In this document: positions 19,241 through 28,100 of the stretch, piece by piece
Position numbering within the stretch: position 1 is the first letter of the stretch
Layout: the number at the start of each line of letters is the position of its first letter
Source of the DNA: an uncultured archaeon
Lineage (GTDB): Archaea > Iainarchaeota > Iainarchaeia > Iainarchaeales > 1-14-0-10-31-34
Assembly: GCA_964608675.1 (NCBI GenBank)
Contig: CAZSOZ010000001.1
Coordinates: 1 to 64,000, forward strand
Direction: 5' to 3'
Length of the DNA: 64,000 nt
Notes under the pieces: generated by a model
What the model was told of the DNA's origin: nothing
The model's input: only the letters and a program-made list of their open reading frames with translations
The model's database searches: none
Position numbers and translations under genes: made by a program

Positions 19241-19864
19241 TTAATAAAAAAATTGTGTTGTCTGGTGTTTTTTGAATTCCAAGACAAGAAAATTAATTAA
19301 TTTAGAAAAACCTGCTTTTTTTTCTTCTTCAAGTACTTTCTGCTTGAATGACTTTGTTGCAGGTTTTTTTGGCCCTAAAACATCACAGGTTTCAGGACCT
19401 ATTGAAATATCATAAGTACCTAACTTTTTTGCTAAATCAATTATTTCCTGTTTGTCTAATCCAAGCAAAGGCCTTAAAACAGGTTTTTTTAAACCAAAAG
19501 AAATTGAAACAAGGTTTTCAAGTGTCTGAGAAGAAACCTGTCCTAAATTTTCTCCTGTAATAATAAAATCAAAATTGTTTTTTTCGCAGATTTTTTCGGC
19601 TGTTTTAAGCATTAATCTTTTCATTAAAATAAAATAATATTTTCTGTTGGTTTTGTTTACTATTTCCTGCAAAGCAAAAGAAAAATCTATGGAAACAAGT
19701 TTTGAATTCATTTTTTCTGCAATTTTCTTGCTTTTTTCAATTGAATTAACTCCAGTAATTTTTTTTGAAGAAAAATGAAGGCATACAATTTCAGCTTTAT
19801 TTTTAGCCATAAAGCCTGCAACAGGGCTGTCAATGCCTCCGCTTAACAACAATAATCCTTTCAT
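19241..19864 (-). CDS. thiI: Stand-alone ThiI PP-loop (tRNA 4-thiouridine synthase catalytic) domain
   Basis: LLSGGIDSPVA, TGENLGQVSSQTL, RPL, DKQEII..A..GTYDIS, ETC; no THUMP domain. Confidence 0.85.
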   Translation of the reverse strand: MKGLLLLSGGIDSPVAGFMAKNKAEIVCLHFSSKKITGVNSIEKSKKIAEKMNSKLVSIDFSFALQEIVNKTNRKYYFILMKRLMLKTAEKICEKNNFDFIITGENLGQVSSQTLENLVSISFGLKKPVLRPLLGLDKQEIIDLAKKLGTYDISIGPETCDVLGPKKPATKSFKQKVLEEEKKAGFSKLINFLVLEFKKHQTTQFFY

Positions 19865-19918
19865 AAAAAAAAGTGGATTAGATTAACTTAAAAAACCAAT
19901 TTAATTATTGATTATTAA

Positions 19919-21094
19919 ATGAACGAAATATTTGATTTAATTGTAATAGGCGGAGGACCTGCAGGATGTTTTACTGCATTAAATTCAGCTGAAAAAAAAC
20001 TGAAAACGGTTTTGCTTGAAGAAAATTCAATTATAGGCGAACCCGTGCATTGCGGAGAATGCCTTTCAGGAATGGCTGCAGGAAGGCTTGGATTAGAACT
20101 GCCGGAAAAAATTATTTCAAAAAAAGTAAACGGAGTAAAAATAATTTTTCCAAACAAAAAAAGCTCTTTTATTAAAGAAGAAGGATTTGTATTAAAAAAA
20201 AACAAATTCGAGCAATGGATTGCTGAAAAAGCAGAAAAAAAAGGCGCAAAAATTGAATTAAACTGCAAAGCAGAAGAAATTAAAAGAAAAAACAAGTTAT
20301 GGGAAATAAAATGTTCTAATGGAAAAATTTTTAACGGAAAAATGCTAGTTGATGCTTCAGGAGTTTTTTCTTTTGCTTCAAGAAAACTTAAATTAAATTC
20401 AATGCCTGAAACAGTTGTTGGAATGCAATACAGATTAAAAGAAATTCCTGAAACAGACTACCTTAATTTTTATTTATGGCCGGAACTTTCTTCTGAAGGA
20501 TATTTATGGATGATTCCAAAAGAAAACAGCAAAGCCAACGTAGGATTAGTTACAAAAGAAAAACAGAAAGCAAAAACTTATCTGGATGAATTCATTAAAA
20601 GAAAAAAATGGGAAAACAAAAAAAAAGAAAAAAGTTTTGGAGGCTTAATTCCTGTTTCAGGACCCCACAAAAACACTGTAGCAGAAGGGCTTATTTTAGT
20701 AGGAGATGCTGCAGGTTTTGCTTCCCCTTTATTTGAAGGAGGAACTTCTCTTGCTTTAACTTCAGGAAAATTTGCTTCAAAAATAACAGCAAAAGCCGTA
20801 AAAGAAAACAATTTTTCAAAAGAATTTCTTGAAGAATACAATAAATTATGGAAAAACGAGTTTCCAGACTACAATAAAATAATCAAAGGAAAAAAAGCGC
20901 TTTATGCTTTAAATGAAGATGAATTAAATTATTTTGCAGAAGTTTTGCCTGAAGATTTAACTAAAATAAGTTTAATTAAAAGAATTGAAATAGGACTTAA
21001 AATCTGGTTTGTAAAACCCCAATTAATGTGGAAAGGCATCAGTCATGTTGCAAGAGCTTTTTCTTACAGTACAGCAAAACATTACGGATGGTAA
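19919..21094 (+). CDS. Geranylgeranyl reductase family flavoprotein
   Basis: GGGPAG, P..CGE, GYLWMIPK, LVGDAAG..P..GG. Confidence 0.88.
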   Translation: MNEIFDLIVIGGGPAGCFTALNSAEKKLKTVLLEENSIIGEPVHCGECLSGMAAGRLGLELPEKIISKKVNGVKIIFPNKKSSFIKEEGFVLKKNKFEQWIAEKAEKKGAKIELNCKAEEIKRKNKLWEIKCSNGKIFNGKMLVDASGVFSFASRKLKLNSMPETVVGMQYRLKEIPETDYLNFYLWPELSSEGYLWMIPKENSKANVGLVTKEKQKAKTYLDEFIKRKKWENKKKEKSFGGLIPVSGPHKNTVAEGLILVGDAAGFASPLFEGGTSLALTSGKFASKITAKAVKENNFSKEFLEEYNKLWKNEFPDYNKIIKGKKALYALNEDELNYFAEVLPEDLTKISLIKRIEIGLKIWFVKPQLMWKGISHVARAFSYSTAKHYGW

Positions 21095-21100
21095 AAAAAA

Positions 21101-21799
21101 ATGAATGTCGAAAAAATTTTAGTTGAACTAAAAAAGCATTCAAATGAAGAAAACAGAAAAGGAATGAACCGGTTTGGAATAAACATAAAAAATGCTTTAG
21201 GAGTAAATGTCTACAAAACCAGAGAAATCGCAAAAAAAACAGGAAAAAATCATTCTCTTGCATTAAATTTATGGAAAACAAAAATTCATGAAGCAAGAAT
21301 GCTTGCATGCTTCATTGATGAACCAAAAAAAGTTTCAGAAAAACAAATGGAAAAATGGATTAAAGACTTTAATTCATGGGATTTATGTGATCAAGTCTGC
21401 AGTAATTTATTTGATAAAACTCCTTTTGCATGGAAAAAAGCAGTTGAATGGACGAAAAGAAAAAATGAATTCGAAAAAAGAGCAGGTTTTGTTTTAATGT
21501 GCGCTTTAGCTGTTCATGACAAAAAAGCAGAAGACAAAAAATTTGAAGAATTTTTTCCGTTAATTAAAAAGCATTCAACTGATGAAAGAAATTTTGTAAA
21601 AAAAGCAGTGAACTGGAGTTTAAAACAGATAGGAAAAAGAAACTTAAAATTAAACAAAAAAGCGGTTGCTTTAACAAAAGAAATAAAAAAAATTGATTCA
21701 AAGACAGCCAAATGGATTGCATCCAATGCATTAAGGGAACTGGAAAACAAAAAAACCCTAAAAAGACTGAAAAAAAAGGTGAAAAAAAAATGTTTGTAA
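21101..21799 (+). CDS. DNA alkylation repair protein (AlkD-like)
   Basis: HEAR, SWDLCD, DERNFVKKAVNW.L..IGKR. Confidence 0.88.
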   Translation: MNVEKILVELKKHSNEENRKGMNRFGINIKNALGVNVYKTREIAKKTGKNHSLALNLWKTKIHEARMLACFIDEPKKVSEKQMEKWIKDFNSWDLCDQVCSNLFDKTPFAWKKAVEWTKRKNEFEKRAGFVLMCALAVHDKKAEDKKFEEFFPLIKKHSTDERNFVKKAVNWSLKQIGKRNLKLNKKAVALTKEIKKIDSKTAKWIASNALRELENKKTLKRLKKKVKKKCL

Positions 21800-22158
21800 G
21801 AAAGTTTAAGGATTTAAATGAATTTACTGCAGGAGACCATTCAATTTTAAGAGAATATTTTAATCCCTTAAAAGAAGAAATGAAATTAAATTACAGTCTG
21901 GCTCATGCAAGAGTTCCAAAAAGAAAAACTACAACAAAACACAAATTAAAAAGTTCAGAAGTTTATTTTATTTTAAAAGGAAAAGGATTAATGGGAATAG
22001 AAAAAGAAAAAAAAGAAGTGGAAAAAGGCGATGTAATTTATATTCCCCCTAAATCCATTCAATGGATTCAGAATACAGGAAAAGAAGATTTAGAAATATT
22101 ATGCATGGTTGAACCCGCATGGAAGCCTGAAGACGAAAAATTACTGGAAAAAGATTAA
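21790..22158 (+). CDS. Cupin-domain protein
   Basis: H.L..SEVYFILKGKG...GDVIYIPP...Q.I.NTG. Start moved to ATG 21790. Confidence 0.85.
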   Translation: MFVRKFKDLNEFTAGDHSILREYFNPLKEEMKLNYSLAHARVPKRKTTTKHKLKSSEVYFILKGKGLMGIEKEKKEVEKGDVIYIPPKSIQWIQNTGKEDLEILCMVEPAWKPEDEKLLEKD

Positions 22159-22189
22159 ATAAAACAAAAGCCTTTTTTTTATTGAAAAC

Positions 22190-22915
22190 ATGGGAAAAAT
22201 ATTAAATAAAAACAGGATTAAAAGCCTGAATTTTTTCAGAACAAAAATGAAAAAAGCAGTTCAAGAAATGATTAAACATGAAAGTAATTCAGCTCTTAAA
22301 ACTGCATATGAAAAAGTTTTAATTAACCTTGAAAATGTTCCAATTAATTTTTATCCAAAAAACTCTTTAATGAGAACAGTATTCAAAATAGGAGAACATT
22401 TTATTGCTTCTGAAATTTTAGGAGAACACAAACAAAACCTTAAAATAATAAAAAAAAACGGAAAAGTTGTTGGAGTCGTTCCTGAAGGAAGATTAATTGA
22501 AATTCCAGCAGGCCACTTTTTTCACGGAGATAAAGCTTCATGGAAAGGAGTGCATACTTTAATGCACGAACTCTGTCATAATCCTTCAAGAAATGTATTT
22601 GAATTTTCAAAAGAAATTCATTTGAATCCAACTCAAACAGAAGAATTAATTGCAGATTTACTGAGTGCAAGAATTGCAATTAAAATGGGTTTTCCCAGAA
22701 AAAGAATTTATGAATTATATAAAGGAAGGCAGTCAGTTTACGGAAGATTTCCTTTCAGGAAAGCATTAGAAAAAGCTGTTTCACCAAAAAAAGAACCAAA
22801 AAAAACAGAAATAATCAGCGTAAAAAAATTAAGAGAAAAAAGGGAAAGAGAAAAAAGAAAAAGAATTGAAAGACTTAAAAAACAAAGAATGCCCTTAAGA
22901 AGAAGAGCCGCATAA
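22190..22915 (+). CDS. Hypothetical protein with zincin-like HExxH motif and basic C-terminal tail
   Basis: TLMHELCH followed by EELIAD; Arg/Lys-rich tail. Confidence 0.55.
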   Translation: MGKILNKNRIKSLNFFRTKMKKAVQEMIKHESNSALKTAYEKVLINLENVPINFYPKNSLMRTVFKIGEHFIASEILGEHKQNLKIIKKNGKVVGVVPEGRLIEIPAGHFFHGDKASWKGVHTLMHELCHNPSRNVFEFSKEIHLNPTQTEELIADLLSARIAIKMGFPRKRIYELYKGRQSVYGRFPFRKALEKAVSPKKEPKKTEIISVKKLREKREREKRKRIERLKKQRMPLRRRAA

Positions 22916-22919
22916 AAAA

Positions 22920-23093
22920 AGCTGAGAGAGGGATTCGAACCCTCGATCTTCCGCTGGCCGTGCAAACCCTTTTCTAATGAAAATAATGTGCAGATTCCTT
23001 TTTTCTTTTTGGGCAACCTGCACTTTTTCTTTTTCGGAAAAAAGAAAAAGGGCGGCGCTGCAGGCGGATGCATAGCCTCTCTGCCACCTCAGC
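22920..23093 (-). tRNA. tRNA-Cys(GCA) with 102-nt intron at position 37/38 (intron 22956-23057)
   Basis: Acceptor GCTGAGG/TCTCAGC, D arm GCA..TGC, anticodon stem TCCGC/GCGGA, spliced loop CT-GCA-GA, T arm GAGGG-TTCGAAT-CCCTC, U73 discriminator typical of tRNA-Cys; CCA not encoded. Confidence 0.9.
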
Positions 23094-23221
23094 ATCTAAA
23101 TAAAAAGGCTTGAAAAACCTTTTAAAAAGGGAGTTTTAAAAGATTTTCTTTTAAGAAAATATTAAGTAAAAAAGCTAATTCTTTAAAGCTTTTAAATTAA
23201 TTTTGTATTAGAGTGATTTAA

Positions 23222-23932
23222 ATGGGTTTAAGACCAGGAAGATGTTACAGGCTTCAAAACAAGCCTTCATATACAAGGGTAGCCGTTAAAGTGCATAAAA
23301 GAAATTATATTGGAGCTACTCCTGGCGTAAGAACAAGGCAATTTAATACAGGGAACCCATTAAAAAAATACTCTCATATTCTTGATTTAATTGCAGAAGA
23401 AAAAGTTCAAATAAGAGATAATTCCCTTGAATCCACAAGAGTAGGAGTAAACAGAGATTTAACTAAAGCAATAGGGAAAGAAAATTATTTTTTGAGGATA
23501 AGAATTTATCCTTATCATATTTTAAGAGAAAACAAGCAGGCACAAGGAGCAGGAGCAGACCGTGTAACCAAAGGAATGAGTCATCCTTTTGGAAAACCTA
23601 TTGGAAGAGCAGCAAGAGTAAGGAAAGGACAAAAAATTTTAAGTATTTTGGTCAGCGAAGAGCATTTAAAGCCTGCTAAAACAGCATTAAATAAAGTTAA
23701 ATCAAAACTTTCATGTAAAATTTCAGTCAGAGTATCTCAAGACATTAAAAGTATAGGGACATTGCCTAAAAAAATAAGAAAAATTGCTGAAAAGAAAGAA
23801 GAAAAAGAAAAAACAGAAGCCAAAGAAGAAAAAGGAAAGAAAACAGAAAAAGGCAAAAAAGAAGAACCAGAAAAAGGAAAAGAAAAAGAAGAAAAAAAGG
23901 AAGAAAAAGGTAAGGGAGCAAAAAAAAAGTAA
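23222..23932 (+). CDS. rpl10e: 50S ribosomal protein uL16 (L10e) with K/E-rich C-terminal extension
   Basis: RPGRCYR, YPYHILRENK.A.GAGADR...GM...FGKPIG.AARV. Confidence 0.96.
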   Translation: MGLRPGRCYRLQNKPSYTRVAVKVHKRNYIGATPGVRTRQFNTGNPLKKYSHILDLIAEEKVQIRDNSLESTRVGVNRDLTKAIGKENYFLRIRIYPYHILRENKQAQGAGADRVTKGMSHPFGKPIGRAARVRKGQKILSILVSEEHLKPAKTALNKVKSKLSCKISVRVSQDIKSIGTLPKKIRKIAEKKEEKEKTEAKEEKGKKTEKGKKEEPEKGKEKEEKKEEKGKGAKKK

Positions 23933-23960
23933 TTTAAGTTAATTCTTCCACTATTTTTTA

Positions 23961-25151
23961 ATGAAAAAATACGTTTTTGTTTTAGGGCGCGATCCTGCAT
24001 TATCTTTAGCTGAAATCTACTGTTATTTAAATGCAAGAAAAATTGAATTTAAGTTAACAGAAAAAGAAGAAAACACAATTTTAATTGAATCAAATGAATT
24101 AAATCCAAAAAAATTAATGCATGATTTAGGGGGAACAATAAAAATTGTTTCAGTTTTGTTTCAGGAAAAAAAATTCAGGGAAATAAAAGAAAAAATCAAA
24201 GAAAAAGAATTACTGGAATGGATGAACGAAAAATTCAATTTTTCGTTAAATTTTTATGGAAAAGAATTCCAAGAAAAAAATGAAGCAGAAAACTTTTTTA
24301 AAAGCAGATTTAAGAAACTCAAAAAAAAAGCTTTTTACCGGAAACCAAAAAAACATAAAATTAAAGGCTTTAATAGTTCACCTTCACAGGTTCATTCATG
24401 GAATTTAATTGAAGAAGAAAGCGATTTTGTTTTCTTTAAATCAAAAGAATTGTTTTTTGGAAAAACAATTGAATGCTTTAATCCAAAAAAATTAAGAGAA
24501 AGAGACATTAAAAGACCTGAACAAAAAAATCTTCATTCAATTTCATTAAGGCTTGCAAGAATTCTGATTAATTTAAGTGAAATAAAAGAAAACCAAATTT
24601 TATTGGATCCTTTTTGCGGAATAGGAACAGTGCTTCAGGAAGGCCTGTATAACGGATTAAATGTAATTGGAATTGAATTAGATGACAAGACTGCAGGAAT
24701 GGCAAGAAAAAATTTAACTTGGTTTCAAAAAAAATATAAAACTAAAAACAATTGGCTGATAATTCAGGGAGATTCAAGTTTTGTAAAAGAAACTCTTAAA
24801 GGAAAAAAATTTGACGGAATTGCAACAGAACCCTTTTTAGGGCCGTTTCTGAAAAAAAAACCCAAAGAAAAAGAAGCCAAAAAAATCATTGAAGAATTAG
24901 GAAAACTTTATTTTGCTTTTTTTAAGAAGCTGGCTTTGATTGTAAAAAAACAAAAAATTGCAATTGTACTGCCTGAAATTGAGTCTTCTAACGGAAAAAA
25001 ATTTCCTTTAACAGAAAAAGTTTTTTCTCAGCATTTTAATTCTGTTAATCCAATTAAAAAAATTGAAGGAAAAGCTTTTCCTTATAATTACATGGAAAAA
25101 CAAAGTATAATTACAAGAAAAATTTATTTACTGGAAAGGAAACCAAATTAA
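23961..25151 (+). CDS. THUMP + SAM-dependent tRNA methyltransferase (Trm11/TrmG10-like)
   Basis: LARILINL, LLDPFCGIGT, ATEPFLG. Confidence 0.75.
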   Translation: MKKYVFVLGRDPALSLAEIYCYLNARKIEFKLTEKEENTILIESNELNPKKLMHDLGGTIKIVSVLFQEKKFREIKEKIKEKELLEWMNEKFNFSLNFYGKEFQEKNEAENFFKSRFKKLKKKAFYRKPKKHKIKGFNSSPSQVHSWNLIEEESDFVFFKSKELFFGKTIECFNPKKLRERDIKRPEQKNLHSISLRLARILINLSEIKENQILLDPFCGIGTVLQEGLYNGLNVIGIELDDKTAGMARKNLTWFQKKYKTKNNWLIIQGDSSFVKETLKGKKFDGIATEPFLGPFLKKKPKEKEAKKIIEELGKLYFAFFKKLALIVKKQKIAIVLPEIESSNGKKFPLTEKVFSQHFNSVNPIKKIEGKAFPYNYMEKQSIITRKIYLLERKPN

Positions 25152-25198
25152 GCATTAGAATTAATAATAAGTTTCTACTTCTTTTTAACTGATTCAAA

Positions 25199-28100
25199 AT
25201 GAAAAATATTTTATGGTTCAGGGAAATAAAAAAAGAAGACATTCCTTCAGTAGGCGGAAAAGGAGCTAATTTAGGTGAAATGGTTAACGAAGCTTTTCCT
25301 GTTCCGCAAGGTTTTGTGGTTACCGCACAAGCATACTTCAGGTTTATTAAAGAAAAAGGAATAGAAGAAGAAATAATCAGCAAAATTGATGCAATTAATG
25401 TTGAAAAAACAGAAGAATTAGAAGAAAAAAGCAGGGAAATAAGGCAGTTAATTTTAAAGACTCCAATGAACAGAAGGCTTGAAGGAGAAATAAAAGATTC
25501 TTATTCAAAAATGAGTGAAAGAAAAATTGCTTTTTTGTCTACAAGAGAAGAAGAATTTGTTGCAGTGAGAAGTTCTGCTACCGCAGAAGATTTGCCAAGC
25601 ATTTCTGAAAACGAACATGTTTTGCTTAAAGTTGACGGAAAACCGGTTTACAACAAAATAAGCGAAATCTATAAAAAAATTGGCGAAGGAAAAAATTTGT
25701 GTCTTGAAGTTCCTGCAATGAAAGGAAATAAAATAGAATGGATTAAAGCAGAAAGCTTATTTAGGCATAAAGCAAACAATGAAAACTTATACAAAATAAA
25801 AACAAGTACAGGAAGAGAAATAGTGATTTCACCTAATCACACGCTAATTGCATTAGATGAAGACAAACTTGAACCAAAAACACTGCATATTTCTGAAATG
25901 AAAAAAGGAATGAAAGTTCCTGTAACTGCCTTTGTTCCTGAAATAAACTATGAAAAAGTAATTGAAATAAGAGATTATTTAAATGGAGAAAAAGTTGTTG
26001 AAGAAAACGGAAAAATGATGATAAAAAAAAATTCAACTAATTGGAAAATACAAAAAGGCTTTCCAAAAACAATTGAAATAACAGAAGATTTTGCATACTT
26101 TTTAGGTTTTTATTTAGCTGAAGGTTCAACATACAAAAACAGCATGGTTTCATTAACAAACTCAAATAATAAGCTATTGGATAAAGCTAAAATATTCTTA
26201 AAAGAAACAGGAATCTATAAAAAGCAAAAAATAAACAAGGGCAGCATAAGAGTTTACTGCCCTTTATTAGTAAGATTCTTGCATGAAACAAGTGGAAAAC
26301 CCACAGAAAAAAAAGGGAAAGGAAAACTTTGTTCAGTTAAAAAAATTCCTGATTTTGTTTTTGGATGGAAAAAAGAAAATATTGCTGCTTTACTTAGAGG
26401 GTGCTTTGACGGAGATGGAACAGTAAGCAAAACAGGGGTTTCATACTGCACTACTTCAAAAATGCTTGCAGGCGGAATGCTAAAATTATTAGAAATACTG
26501 CAAATAAATTTTTATATTAATCAAAAAAGAAATGCGTTTAATATTAATATAGCAAGCCAGGACATGCAAAAATTTAGTGAATTGATTGGGTTTGAACATG
26601 AAAAAAAACAACACAAATTAAATAAACTAATAAAAGAATACAAAAAAAAAGAAAAACATCCTGAATTCAAATACAACTTAAATGTTTCAGAAGAACTTTC
26701 AAAAAAGATTATGCAAGAAATAGAAAAAAAGCTTCCAAAAGAAGAATTTGAAATATTGTTATGCAAAAAATGCGGAAACAAAACAGAACAGACAAGCTAT
26801 TACAAAAACAAAAAAAGATATTTTTGTAAGAACTGCAAAAAAGCATTTTATGAGGAAGAAGTAAAAAAAGAAAAAACTGAAAAACATATTTATTTTGATG
26901 AAAAAGGAAGATTTATAAAAGGAGCAACGCCGTGGAATTATGGAAGCATGCTCGGAAAACACACATTAAATGCGCTTGAAAAAAAAGCAAAAAAATATGG
27001 CATAGAAAATATGTTCGAAATATTTAAAGGAACAGTCAAATGGGATGAAGTAAAAGAAATTACACCAGTAAAATATGCAGGATGGGTATATGATTTTACT
27101 GTTCCAGGAGTAGAAAACTTTGCATCAGGCTTAGGAGGAATAATAACCCATAATTCTGCAAGTTTTGCAGGACAACAGGAAACTTTTTTAAATGTAAAAG
27201 GAAGAACTGAAGTACTGGAAGCAGTCAAAAGATGCTGGGCTTCTTTATTTACTGCAAGAGCAGTTTATTACAGAAAAAGACAGGGATTCAGAACAGAACA
27301 AGTTGGAATTGCTGTTGTAGTGCAAAAAATGGTTGACTCTGAAACCGCAGGAATAATGTTTACTGCAGAACCAACCGGAGACCCAAGCAAAATGGTTATT
27401 GAAGCAGGATACGGATTAGGCGAAGCTGTTGTTTCAGGAAGCATTACTCCTGATACATACACAATAGAAAAAGGAACATTTAAAATAATTGAAAAAAAGA
27501 TTGCAAAACAGGAATGGAGCATTGAAAGAAGCGGAACAGGAAACAAAAAAGTTGATGTGCCTAAAGCAAAACAAATGAAACAAAAATTAGATGATAAACA
27601 CATTATTCAGCTGGCAAAAATTGGAAGGCAAATTGAAAACCATTACAAAAAAGCAATGGATATAGAATGGGCATTAGAAAATAATCATTTGTATATTGTG
27701 CAAGCAAGACCGATTACTACTATGGGAATCAAAAAAATGATTGACAAAAGAAAAGAAATTAAAACAACAGAAAAACCAATTGCTTCAGGATTAAAGGCTT
27801 CCCCTGGAATTGCTTCAGCTAAAGCAGTAATTATTCCTGACGTAAAAAATGCAGGGAAAGTAAAAGAAGGAGACATAATTGTAACTGAAATGACTAACCC
27901 TGACTGGGTTCCAATAATGGAAAAAGCAAAAGCAATAATAACAGAAGAAGGAGGCAGAACCTGTCATGCTGCAATAGTTTCAAGAGAATTGGGAATTCCA
28001 TGTGTAGTTGGAGTTGAAAACGCAATGCAGAAAATAAAAGACAGAGAACTGATTACAGTTGACGGATTTAATGGATTAATTTACAGAGGAAAAATTGAAT

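Noticed and set aside
22956-23057. C/D-box guide RNA inside the tRNA intron
   Set aside because: No RUGAUGA or CUGA boxes on the transcribed strand.
22738-23095. ORFs 22895..23095 and 22738..23073 on the minus strand
   Set aside because: They overlap the tRNA-Cys gene and its intron, which explain the sequence.
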